Below, in pieces: positions 49,808 through 62,335 of a stretch of 64,000 nucleotides of DNA. Position 1 is the first letter of the stretch; every line of letters starts with the position of its first letter. The stretch covers positions 7,068,001 through 7,132,000 of the forward strand of contig CM102286.1 of the NCBI GenBank assembly GCA_046563655.1, in the 5' to 3' direction. The translations under genes were made by a program, and so were the position numbers. The notes under the pieces are model-generated. The model ran no database searches, was not told the origin of the DNA, and saw only the letters and a list, made by a program, of their open reading frames with translations. Source of the stretch: Yuukianura sp. NJ FZ-2021. Its lineage: Eukaryota.

Positions 49808-51500
49808 ATGAAGGTGCTTCATATTAGTGTCCTGTTAATTGGTGCTCTACAACCTCTTATATTACTTGTGTTCCTTGGAAATGTTCAGGAGACTGAAGGA
49901 ATTTACGCGTACACGTTAAAGGGCTATGTCCAGGACATACGACATAACCCAAGACTCCTCGTCGGTGGATGGGCGTTGAAGAAAGCATTAAAGTTAAAGA
50001 AACTGAAACTTCTGTTTAAGCTCAAGAAGAAACTGAAACTGAAGTTCATTGCCAAGAAGATCCTTCTCAAGTTTCTTATTGGTAAGTACATTGGAAATGT
50101 AATTCTTGAAAAACTTTTCCTTTGATAACGTAACTGAAGACGAATTCAAGTGGGCCGAGTTAATTATTAATCGAACGTGTGGAACACCTTAAAGTGACTT
50201 TTGGTCCAAAACTTTTTAGGAAGGAAGAAGAGATCGACGGATGAAGATGAAATTGATCTTCCAGAACACGTTCTGCCTGAAATTCATGATAACGACATTA
50301 TGCCATACTTTTCAATGGCCAGTGAGTTTGATACGGATGGCTGTCTTCCGAAAAGTATCTGTGAGGCCATGGCTAGAGCCAATCGGACATACCAAATGAA
50401 CATGTTTGAACGAACAGTCACACAGGATTTGTAAGTTTCGTTTTTAATCCGTAGCATAGCTCGGAATTTCGACGGGGTTTCCCTGCTTTCAGCCAGGCAG
50501 GAAAAATACGATGTGTTACATAGGCGACGAAATGAAAAAATGCGTCGGAGTGAAAAAGCTCTCATGTTTTATTTTTTTCTGAAAAACTACTTGATGAAAA
50601 AAGTCAATTTTGAGCGACAAGGTGAATGAGGTTCACTGGCAGCCAAAACAGGTCGTTAACTCATTGCAAAAGACGCTACGTACATAACCAACTTTTGAAG
50701 CCGATGAACTTCAAAATACAAAGTTTATAATTGGAAATTTAGTTTTTCGTTAATTGGGCTTCATTTGATGCAAACAAAGGAAATTGACATAATTCTATGA
50801 ATAGACGGATCATACGTTTTACAAAGTTTTGTTGAAAAGGAAACGGCCTTTCGGTACTCCTGTGTTTACAATTTAGTCATGGTTTGTTACAAAGTTTTTT
50901 AATTTGCATATGAACGAGAAAATTGGCGTTGGCGTTGAAATAAAAATAAAAATGAATTTCATTTTCAATTTTTTGATAAGAAGTTCTTCGGGGCCTCCCT
51001 TTGAAATTAAGATCTCTGAGAGAAGAAAGCAAAGAAGTTCTAAAAGTTTAAAACTGAAAACACTTCGGAATCCTTTCCCTTGAAGTTGTTTCAAATTGGC
51101 CTTCTGCTTCTCATTCAATTTCCTTAATTGGCTGTTCTGTTTAAATTAAAATTTAATTTTTAATTTTCTGTAACTTCAAAGGGCAGTGGAGAGACCAGAG
51201 GACACTTCATCTCCTTCCTTTGTGTACGAATATGCGGCTTATTATGGCAGAACTACAAGAGATGAAAAGGCATGTGCCAGCCTCTTTTCCAATTGCCACG
51301 AGGCTCCACAAATGCTCAAAAAGTTCATGGACGAAACTTTTGTATCGGATATTTGTGAAGGGCCGGACCAATTGATTCCACAGGGAACAAATTCACTTCC
51401 ACTGTATAACAACGATGGAGACACTGGAAGCATCGCAAGTCAAATTGTTAAAGGTAGAAACGGCGGGAAAAGTGGAGACATTACGTTTCCTTTGTACTAA
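49808..51500 (+). CDS. Secreted precursor: Lys/Leu-rich cationic peptide + G-RKKR + DM4/DM12-like 4-Cys module (3 exons)
   Basis: TATATAAA near 49747; signal peptide; WALKKALKLKKLKLLFKLKKKLKLKFIAKKILLKFLI-G|RKKR; CLPKSICEAM; YEYAAYYG...CASLFSNCH. Confidence 0.8.
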
Positions 51501-52285
51501 ATTTGAGCCAAAATTTACACCGCTTATACACAAGTACAATTCTTTTACCACTGCACTTGCTTTCCACGCTCCTGCAAATTTTGTTTAAAAAAACATGTAA
51601 TCCTGCGTGTGAAATTTTTGATTTTTAAATTGAAACATAAATATTTACGAAGTATTACATTACATAATCTAAGTTTTAAAACTTCAGTCAGGCAGTGTAT
51701 TGAAGTTACCAAATAGTAATACAATCTATATTGTTCGTGGGTTTTTTTTTCTACTTTTCATAAGTGAGTGCCAAAATACACTAAAAAATAATTTCAAAAT
51801 ATGTTATAGTCAACTTGCCAGGCCCACTGCGACGTGTAAGTAAGTGATTCGTTTGCAAAAAAACTTAAAGTGTTAAATTTTTAACACTTTTGATTTATTT
51901 ATAACGTCAAATGAGGTAGAAATTTCATACAGTTGAAATTTCAAGTGAAATTCGCCATATTCAAGATAAAAAATTGCGCAAAAATATGAACCATCATCTT
52001 TTTAATATTGTTTGGTCCTGTGGGAAGAAAGAGAAAGTGGAAATGCAAATTTACCCACGTCACAATGGGATATTCCAAGTGTTTCTTAACGTGTACCCCT
52101 AACTCACCCGTTCATAATGAAGCTCAATTCATGTACGTCCGTGTAGCCTCAATTCCTGAAATAAATAAATGACAGCGGTCGTCTGCATCTCACTTTTCAA
52201 AAGTGTCAACTGCAGTTGAGTCAGTCACAATAATATTCCAACCAGAAGTTCATTTCATAAGTTTTCCAATTCAACAGAAAATAAA

Positions 52286-53334
52286 ATGAAAACAAGTACA
52301 ACTTGTTTCATTTTTATAATAATAATTGTTGTGGTGAGTAGTAGCGGTGAATTTAGCGATCAGAGCCAATTACCTCCCGAGTGGAAATCCAACAGAAATC
52401 CCAAATTTTTACATTTTTTGAAACAATTTTTTGAAAGTTACCCTACTACCACCGCAACTTACCTCAGCAGTAGTGGCTTTAACAAGGGAAAGTATGGTGA
52501 CGAAGCGGGAAATTATGATCAATACTTTGTCAGTGCGGATCCCTACAACCAGAATCAACTTCTGAGTGCCGTGGACACCCAAAAACAGGGCCCGTCCCTT
52601 GACATTGCTGCTAGTGAACATAGCGCACAAGGGGAATCAAGTGAAAGTGGCATTAATTCAATGAACACCCTCTTTACTGCACTAATTGGAGAAGACACCT
52701 CTTCTCCCTCATCCATAATTTCTAACATCTTAAGACTCGGAACAGGATCCATGGAGAAGGTTTTACAGCGCGTCAATTCCTTTGACTCCCTTAAGTGTAT
52801 TCCTAGGCTCCTCTGCCAAACTGTTGCACAGCGGCAGCTAAATTTTGCTAAGGTAGAGGTCACGACCTCGACAGTCAAGCCGAAAATGACTTCTAGATTT
52901 GATGCGCTTCCAATTTATGATTACACACACAGGAATGGAAAAACAATCAAATTCATTGGCGTCGAAACTGCACTTTCACAATTTATGGCGTAAGTTTGCA
53001 CCCTAATTACGCATCATATTGCCTTTTTTGGTGTTGGAATAGGAATATGACTAGATTTTAATTTTTTTTACTGCTTTTCTAAGGATTATGCAATTCTTAA
53101 AATATTTGTGTTAAATTTACTTTTTTGAATTTGTTTTTTAGATTCTTGGACTTGGTCCAACTCAAAAACTGGTCGCTCTACCCTTACTTAAAGGGAGCCT
53201 ATGAAGGGGCCCAAGTGAAGCGTTTGGATGAATGTGCGCAAAGATTTGAAACTTGTCCATTCTCTGACCAGCAATTGGTCTACTATTTCAACAACTACAA
53301 CGGTGGTTTCTTCCAGAACCTTCATTCAAACTAA
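52286..53334 (+). CDS. Secreted DM4/DM12-like 4-Cys protein (2 exons)
   Basis: Signal MKTSTTCFIFIIIIVVVSSSG; CIPRLLCQTV; YLKGAYEG...CAQRFETCPF...YYFNNYNGGFF. Confidence 0.8.
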
Positions 53335-53762
53335 TATTTTCTCTGGGATTTGTTTTTATTATGTTAACATAGTTTTTGTTAGGCAATTAAGGAAAAGTTT
53401 ACTAATTTATTCCTGTTATTTCATGCAAATAGTTTGCAACTCTCCACCGAATTACATTCCCATAGTGATTGTGAAGTGGAATTACATTCGCAGAAATTCT
53501 TTTCGACAAATTGCCTATCTCAGTTTAATTCGCTATTGTAAACACCAAGCCCACATAATATTAATATTTGAATTGTAGCTAGAATTGATAGATTAATTTA
53601 TTTCCACCGGAAACAATTGAGATTTGCCTACGAGAAAGAAGTATCTAATAAAAAAAATAATAAAATAAATATAAATGTTAAGAGAATAAATTATAAATTA
53701 GCAATAGTAGAGTAAGTGAAATCGAAAAAGTGTTCTACACTTCTGAAATCCGTTGAAGGATT

Positions 53763-55074
53763 CTAGAAGCAAGAAATGGGGTTGAAGAAGCACTGCCTGT
53801 AAACTATTTGTCGCTTTCCGTAGGAGATTGGTCTCATTGGAATAGCAAAGGATCGTCCACTTTCCAGCCGATCTCCATTCAATCGACGATTCCTGACTTC
53901 GTCCACTAGGAATCTAATAAGTACATTCATCTGGGACAAGTCAGGTCGACTGGAGTCCGCCGTCGGTGGAGCTGTCAATGCAAATGGCTGATTTTCAAAT
54001 CTTCCACCCCCGTAACTTTGAACTTCCTCATCGTCATCAGCGGAGTTCCTGGTTTCAAACGGCCCGAAATTCCCACCTTCCAACTTCAAAATCAATCAAG
54101 AAATTCAATTTTAGTAACTTCGTTCTTTTGCAAGTAAAATGGTATGCAGGAGGCTAGAGCCGAACATTAAGCTTTAATTTCCCTCCTCCCTCGAAAGCCT
54201 TGGAGAAAGTTTGCTAAAACTTTTTCTTGTTTGAATAAAGTTTTTGAATTACATTTTGCATTGAAATTACTGTTCCCACCCGCATTCGAACTAATCAAAT
54301 CTTTATGGTATCTGGTTCCGTCATTTTGGTTTTCTAATACAACAGCTACCAATTTTGCAAACTTTTTTTCACAAAAGTTATTTACTATTTGCATTACTAA
54401 TCAGCTAGTGGTGACACATTTTAGTTTGTTTCCAATTTAGAAAGTACGGAATATGGGTTTAGTTGTTTTAGCCAGGATCAAATGCAAAACTTGTAAACTT
54501 CCTACATTTTATATTTATAGAAACCGAAACCTCGGAATTTCATTTACTTGTTTAACATCGCCATCAACCGCAACTGCGAGCGACGAACTTGTTTTGGTTT
54601 GAAAACTTGTCATTTTGTTTCAATTTACAAAACATTTTTTTAAACCTTTAGTTTCTCGCTCATGATTATTCAAAAGCTCCAGTTTTGTATTCGGTGGAAC
54701 TATTTAATAATAGTCTTTTCCTTGCTCCTTTGTAACAAGAATGATTCTTAACTACCCTCTGGGCGAATAGTAAACTTTAACGCTAATGTTAAGAAAATAT
54801 TTTTGTGCAGCGGGGGTGGAATTTTTTGAAGTGAAAGCAGATCAAAGACACACGGACTTCCACTCTTGAAGGAAATACTAAGCAAATGACTATTCTTTAT
54901 GTAGCGGGGGTGGAAATTATTTCAGCGTGCGAAACACCGTGTGTACAAGATTTTCGGAAATTTTGAAAACCTTTTACTTACGTTGGTAATAGTTGGTTTT
55001 GCTTCTATGCAGAACGTTGCAATGAACAAAACAGCAGCAGTAGCCAAAAAGAGATTTTGTGTCATTGACTTCAT
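53763..55074 (-). CDS. AstC: Allatostatin C (PISCF-type) neuropeptide precursor, 137 aa (exons 55074-54982, 54083-53763)
   Basis: Signal exon MKSMTQNLFLATAAVLFIATFCIEAKPTITN splices in phase 0 to an exon ending KR-QIVYRQCFFNPISCF*, the AstC family signature. Confidence 0.93.
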
Positions 55075-56194
55075 ACTTATAGGAGAAATCGTCGGTAATG
55101 GAGCGATTTAAAAGATTTGTTTAAACCGAATCAGGTTAGTCAAAACACTTAAGTTTCTGCCAACTACGGATTTTGAATTTGTAAACGAATTGATTTGGGA
55201 GTGTGCTGCTATCAGAGGATTGTTCTGGAACTTGAGGAAATTCGCAAACCGCTCCAGCATTTATACTCGAACCAACCTGTGGGGGATGATAGACTGGAAC
55301 CACTCACGTCATTCCTGCGCCCCAAGGATGCTAATGCCGCCCTACCAACACTGTTTAACTCAATGCTGGAACGCTCCTTCTCCTCATTTCTAATTGACTT
55401 GCATGTGTGTTCTAACTTTTTTAATCAGGATTTTTTTTGTGCTTGGAGAAAGCTGAAAGGTTTTTCTATATCGTTCACTTTTCTTAGACGGAGCGAAACC
55501 TTTTTAATTATTGTAGTGCATTACTTGCTTTCAAGTATTCATTAATAAATCGAGCCAAAATATTAGAAAAATTAATACATCAGGTTACTATCTTTTCGAG
55601 TCCGTTGCAACAATCAGAATTTATTGCACACTACTGTGGATCATTTTCTTGAAAACTGAAGCCCCGTTATATTCGTTTTCACTTGTCTTAATTAGCTTGA
55701 CTAATCTGACGCACTACTGGTAATGGCGTTTCCTGCTATCCCTGGGGCCTAAATGTTTTTTAATAAATAATACTAATAATGAATAATTAAATTCAATAAA
55801 TAAATGTTAATTTGTTAATGGTTGGACAAAAAATTCAAAAAAGTTGGTAGCAATTGTTTTGTTCAATTTTAACAGTACTATATGCAGAATAAAAAGATAT
55901 GCAATTGTAATAAGGTTTCTTAAAAAATTTGACGTCAGAATTTCGAATTCGCCAATCTGTGCAGACACGAATTTATGTTTATTTGACAATACTGAAATAT
56001 TCTGTGTTTAGTAACGAGAAATCTGGTTAGCAGAAAGCTTGAAACTTTAGATGTTCCAAGGAGGGTGATGCGAAGAATATTTAGTTTATAAAGTCCAAAG
56101 AATTTTGTATAGTTGAACAAAAGCATTATATACTTAGCAAGTGTTGAGTAGTCCATTGTAGTACTCTAACGCCAACGTATCCGTAAGATGCCAT

Positions 56195-58080
56195 TTAAGT
56201 CTGGGCTGACTCCGAATTCTCAGCGGGTGCGGGGGCGGGATCCTCAAAGTTAAGGAGAATTTTCCCAATGTTCTTCCTGTCATGCAGTTTGCCCATTCCT
56301 TCTGTCACCTAAAGAATTTGAAAAGAAAAGCAGTCCCTTTCAAATTCTCTCTCGCTGGAAAACTTTCTTTTGAAAATGTTGAACGTCAGTCGGACTTTAT
56401 TTTGTACCTCTCTGAAGTTAAGTGTAGAGTCAATGACTGGGTGTATCTTTCCCTCTGCCATCAACTTCCAGATCTTGCTCAACCTTTGGCCAATGAAGTC
56501 CTTCTTATCGCCATTTTTGAGGAAGTGGCGCAGATGAAGTCCTCCGACGGTTTTGTTTTCTTCAAACAATTTCAATGGAGAGATCTTTTCCACTTGCCAC
56601 CATGACTTGGCCATTGTGAAGAAACTTTTGGTCTCGCCGGAAACAATGTTGGCAGATCCAAAAAGCATGTACCTTCCGCCGGAAGCCAGAATTGAAATAC
56701 CACGAGCACAGTCCTCTCCACCCTGAGAATCCAAGACGAGGTCAATTCCTGACGGATGTGACCTGCGCAGAAAGCAAATTAATTTTACTCCTGTCGAATC
56801 AAATTAGTATTAAAAATTCAACAAATTTGGGTTACAAACTTTCGAATTTCAGCGACATAGTCCGATCCACGCTCAATCAGAGCTGAAAAACCTTCCAGCT
56901 TTTCCACCTTGCCCTTGGAAGTGATTCCAATGACATTGCAATCTTTGGCCAAGTCCTTCACTGCCAATCCAACAGAACCGCCAGCGGAATGAACAAGAAT
57001 TGTGGAATTCGGAGGTAGGGAGGCGTCTCCTAGCAACAAGTCAGCCACAAGGTAGGCAAGCGTACAAGCCAAATTCTCCATGGAAATTTTTTGGTCAACG
57101 AGCCAAACGAGATGTTCTGGAATTGTGACTTGTTCAGCCCAAGCTCCGAGTTCTGGTAGACCATAAACCAAGTCATCGACCTAGATTTCAAACAAAGTTA
57201 TTATTATAAACAGCATATGGTTTGAAAAGATTTTTTGATTTGTTTGTGATTTGTTATTAATCCTGACGTAAGCATGGGATTTGTCTAGGACTGACCTTGA
57301 CAGAGGTCACGCCTTCACCAACTGCTGTGACCTTCCCAACGCACTCTGTGCCCATGACAAACGGAGTTGGAGAAGAGTCCATCACTCCAAGTCGTGCCAT
57401 TACATCTTGGAAGTTTACGCCGCTAAAAATACATTGATTGAATTCATTAGCTTTGCAAATTTGTGCCTAAAACTGTCCTGGAGTTTGCAAAAACTAGAGT
57501 CCCTCTGTCATTTTTGCATTTTACACAAACTGGTATAACCTACTTTGCAAAAACATTGAAATAATTTAGTAGGTTGATTAGTCATAATTTGCAATTTTGT
57601 GTAACAGAAGCCTCCACATACCATCATGTTAGACATTCGAAATAGCAAAGTTGAATTACAGTTTTACATGGCATGCGCATACGAATTGAGCAGCTTTCAC
57701 TCTATTATTTCTTTCCAGATGCTCGCTTTCATACGCTGGCATCCGCCCAATAACAAATGCAAAATACACACAATGGGTAGGCGAACATGAAACACAGGCA
57801 GTAAAAAAAGCTTTTGCAAAGAGTGTGTCACTGACCTCATGATGACCTTGACATTGACAAATTTCTCTGCTGGCTCAGCCGGAACCGGGCGTTTGACCAC
57901 TTTGACGTTCTTGAGTCCTCCGAATGAGTTGCACACGACGGCAGTCATTTGTTCCTGGGCTTCTTCCGCTGGAGTTGCAGCGACGATGGCCGGTGACGGA
58001 GGGCTGTCCGAGTCCTGTGACATGCTGGAACTGTTAGCAGCAGTCGGCTTTGGCGGTTCTTCGTCTTTTGTGTTCACCAT
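56195..58080 (-). CDS. VAT1L: Synaptic vesicle membrane protein VAT-1-like (MDR / quinone oxidoreductase family), multi-exon
   Basis: AVVCNSFGGLKNVKV, GVNFQDVMARLG, PFVMGTECVG, ILVHSAGGSVG, GETKSFFTMAKSWWQVEKISPLKLFEENK, GKIHPVIDS, LHDRKNIGKILL. Confidence 0.88.
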
Positions 58081-60424
58081 GGTTGCTCTGTACACAACTA
58101 CCTTCTGGGCAGCAATTTTCAACTGTGTAAAATCGGTTTTCTAGACTAGAGCGAAAGGCCTGGAGAGACACTCTGTGGGGAAATCCTATGGGAATAGAGG
58201 GAAGAAGAGCTTTGGAGTCTTGTGGTTCGAATGATGACTTCAACAGGTTGTATCGATTTGGTTGCTGGAAGAGCAGCCGGAGCCGTAGCCAAAGTGACTC
58301 TTCCAGGAGATGAATTCAAGTCAGTCTGTTGCTTTCAAAAACAGAATCAACTGGGAGGTGGGGTTCCAGAACAGGGATAGGGATTTACATTAACAGCGCT
58401 CCAAAAACCTCAAAGGGAAGAAATCAATTGCAAACTCAACAACTGCTGAATGCTAAAGTTACGATTGTAGGTGGTGAGGTAGGTTAGTATAGGAGCGAAG
58501 TTGCATGCAATGTTTACTTTGTTGGCCTTAAACGTAATCACAATGATTCCAATTGCCATAAATTAATTTTATGGGAACCTTGTTCGTTCTCATCAAAATG
58601 AAATGTGACTCAAAATGAAAATAAAATTTAGATTATCAATTATGTTTTCTCAATCTTTGAAATAGCCTGTGATGCATATAAAAATGTCCCTTAACGTTGG
58701 CAGCCATTACAATTAAAATCATTTTAAACATCGAGAAAATAGAAAACATCATATAAAAAATTGAACTAAATTACAACTAATGAAAGCGGGAAAGTTCACG
58801 CCCTTTAATGGAAATAATTAAAAGCAATTAGGTTGACTAACCACCACACTCCTAGAAACGCCTTTAATTTGTGGGGTGAATTGAAATATGTTTCAGATCC
58901 AAGTTTCAAACGAACAATTCCAAAAAGTTTGTGGCTTGTCCAAGAATTCACATGTGCAATTTAAAACTTGGACGCATCGCAAATAGTTAATCAGGAGATG
59001 GCCTGGCTGTAGTTATAAAATAACTACAGTTCAAAAAATTTGGCTTTTTCACTTGAGATTCTATATACAAACAACTTATTAAACACTTTTAATAAACAAA
59101 AATTACAATAATGCTAGTTTTCTTCTTTTTTTTTATGAAGTTTTAATGTTAATTTTTTTGATACAAACTAATGAACTTTTTGAAATTGGGATTGAAATAA
59201 ATGGCTGATCCCATGTCAGTTTCTACTTTGCACTTTGGTTAATTAATGATTCAGCCGGTAAGAACAAACGGGTTGAGAACACATTCACAGATACAAACGC
59301 GTCCAATTTAACTAACAAATTTGGCATGTGATGATCTAATTTGGGTGGGATGGCAAAGTTCTCTCTGTTACTGGCTTTTACGATGGCAAATTTTTCTTGT
59401 TATACTTGAAAAATTGGAACACATAAAAAAGCGTCTGTTAAAATATCAAAGTATATCCAGCGATATACTTTGCAAAATACGTTTTTCTGCTTTCTCTTAG
59501 TTCAAAGAGACGTCAGTTCAAATTCATCTTCTGAACATCCAACTTTATTAATTCGGCGAAACAGGTAACGCAAATTCAATTTCTTCAAGTCTTTATGAAT
59601 TTTTAGTGCAATCTTGAAGCCTGCTCAAATTCATTTAATTCCTTCAAGGAAAATACAAACCAGAAAGCTTAAAATTTGAATTTTTTGTTCCTAAAATTGA
59701 GATATTTTCCTAAATATTAGATCATTTTTGGCCAATGATGAATATGAATACTATTCGTATTTGGAGTAAAATTGTAAAGGCTCCATTTTTTCTTTGAAAA
59801 TTTGAATCTTACTATGCCTTGTTGTTAATTGAAACGCAGAAAGAACTACTGACTCCCTTTTTTTTTTTCTAAAAAACGAAAGAAATATCTGTCGTCTGCT
59901 AACCCACATCACAGCTCTTTTGCCAAAAATTGTAAAAACTAAAAATAAAGCAAAATTTTGAGTGGCTAAACTTGCTGTCCAACGAATTCGTTTTACTCAC
60001 AGAAACCAACTTTTGTAATTTTTAGTGCCAGAAGTCAAGTGTCAATAGTGACGATTCCCAGCGTAGAGTTTATCGTTGCACTTAAAAATAAGTTAAAACC
60101 AGGAAAAGTGTTTACAAGTAAAATTGATTTATGGTAGCATGGAAATCTGTTTATTTATTAAGAACCCGTTCTTTCCTTCTTCCGTAGTTTCTTACTCCGG
60201 TTCAAACTTTTGCCAAAAATACTCAAATGGAGCGGATAACCTCCAGCAGTCTTCTGCACAAGTAACGGCGTTACGCTCTGTCTAAAAAGTTGGCTGCAAG
60301 TCGGGGACTTTGACAAGTTAGCAATAAAATCGCTTTTCTTTCTGTAACAGTTTGCGACTAAAAATAATGTTTACTCTGTTAGAATCCTTCTTAAAATCTA
60401 GTCCTCGGGTCAGTTCTGGACGAA

Positions 60425-60913
60425 ATGTGTGACACTAGTGAGATCGTGCGTCGTTTAGAAGACTTTCTAAGGAATTCACTGGACAATTGTGAAAGTGGTA
60501 CTGGAGCAGGCTCCAACTCAAGTTCTTTAGTTCAAGATGTCTTTTCCGCGTTTCTCAGCAATAATTCATTTTTTCGATCTGAAAATCTATATGAGGTAAA
60601 AAATTTAAACAAGGATAAACTTTGGATTGCATCTATGTTTTCAATTAACTCAGCAATTCTAATAACCTTCGCTTTAAAAATACGTATTGTTAACTTTTTT
60701 GTTCAAAAGGAAAATTCCGCCAGCGGAATAAAGGTTTCCACTGGAAATGAAACTACGACATTTGAGCCTTCCCATCCACCAATCAACAAGCTGGAAATGA
60801 TAAAAGTGGTTGTCCTAATTGTAGTCATTCTCATTATACTGCTTTCCACTTGCAAAATGGTCTTCCAACTTTCTACGAGATTTCGGCCTGAAAAACCAAA
60901 TGATCGAGATTGA
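60425..60913 (+). CDS. Small single-pass membrane protein (probable intron 60596-60709)
   Basis: C-terminal transmembrane segment VVVLIVVILIILLSTC followed by a basic tail; N-glycosylation sequons (NSS, NET) upstream; GT-AG intron candidate in frame. Confidence 0.6.
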   Translation: MCDTSEIVRRLEDFLRNSLDNCESGTGAGSNSSSLVQDVFSAFLSNNSFFRSENLYEVKNLNKDKLWIASMFSINSAILITFALKIRIVNFFVQKENSASGIKVSTGNETTTFEPSHPPINKLEMIKVVVLIVVILIILLSTCKMVFQLSTRFRPEKPNDRD

Positions 60914-61568
60914 GCGCAATATTTATTCTTTGTTTCAAATTATTTCAAAGATTTATGATCCAAAATGTAAACTACACCTTTTTTTTTTTTACTATGAGTT
61001 TTTTTTTGTTCAAAAGAATTTATTGTCTTATAACTGTAAACTCCACCGTTAGCCAAAGTAACTTCAAATATAACTTATTCAACTCAATTTTTTTTATCTT
61101 ATTTTTTGCATGCTATTCTTCGACAGTTTGCATTCGCAATTTGTGAATTAAAATAAATTAAGAGCCCTCTTTCATGGGAGCAAAGCCTTATTTATTCGCT
61201 TAGCAAAACTTTCTATATTTCGCTTGATTTCTAAAAGTAAATTAACATCGACTATCAACGCTTCAACTTTTACAAAAATCGCATTCGCTAAGATTAGTTT
61301 CAGATCATTTTAAACTAATAAAAAAAGACATTATTTGATGTATTTTCTTCTTCTTCTTTGTCCAAAATTTCAACTCAAATATTCTCACACTCAATAAAAA
61401 TCGACTAAAAGTTATCAAAACCCAACTTTCTTTTGCAACTTGAAAGCATGAAAGCTGGATACGCCGAGTCAGCCCATCTAAACGTCACTAGAATTGTGGT
61501 CACTGCAAATCAGGACTGTAGTGGGTTAAGGATTTCAGTTATTTATTTGACTTCTTAAAATAATTAAT

Positions 61569-61978
61569 CTAGTTAGGTCTCTTCTGTCCTTTCCGATAGT
61601 CCTCCAGCGCTAAATCTTTGCAACTTCCTTCTTTGACAATTCGTAAACCTTTAAAAAACGCCTCAATTTAAATCTTTTTTTCAAGAAGTACAGCAACACT
61701 GTTTATCTTACGATAATTCCTTCGTTTAGCACATTCGAATCTGCACGTATTCGTATATGTCACACCATTATTGCCACAGATTGTCGTGTCCTCCGTGGTT
61801 CCACACGCTTGACGACATGCAGCCAGGGATTCTGCAGACTAAGAATCAAAACAAGAAATCAACGTAATACAAAGACAATAGCAAGTCAAAAAAGTATTAC
61901 TTGAGCAAATCCTGCGTGGTTCTGAGGTTTGAAAGCCACGAGTATTACAACGCTTGCGACAAATACACTGCTAATCAT
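61569..61978 (-). CDS. Kazal-type serine protease inhibitor, 94 aa, 3 exons; not in ORF track
   Basis: MISSVFVASVVILVAF...FAQ|SAESLAACRQACGTTEDTTICGNNGVTYTNTCRFECAKRRNYR|LRIVKEGSC...: six Cys and the Kazal signature CGxxGxTYxNxC. Confidence 0.9.
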
Positions 61979-62335
61979 GATGTACTAAATCAAAAAACCT
62001 TGTACCTCGTATGCAGAATTGTTTCTATTATAAGTGCAAAGTTTGCGTGCGACGTGTTAAGTGAATAAGATGGTTTCGTTAGTATGATGACCGGAATATC
62101 CTGCTGGGAAGGCCGAATGGGCAATTAAGGATGTCATGCCATTGTGCACTCCCAAACACTTCTGATTCTCGAAAATATCTCCTGCGTCCCCTGAGACAGG
62201 TAAACAAAAGCAGGAATAGGAAGTCGAAAGGAAGTTTTGAATTAGCAGCGTAACGTTTATTACTATCATGTTAATGTTAAAGTAAAGGTAGTGACAATAG
62301 CGTAATTAGTTGAGTAGGCGTGAAAAACGACTACT

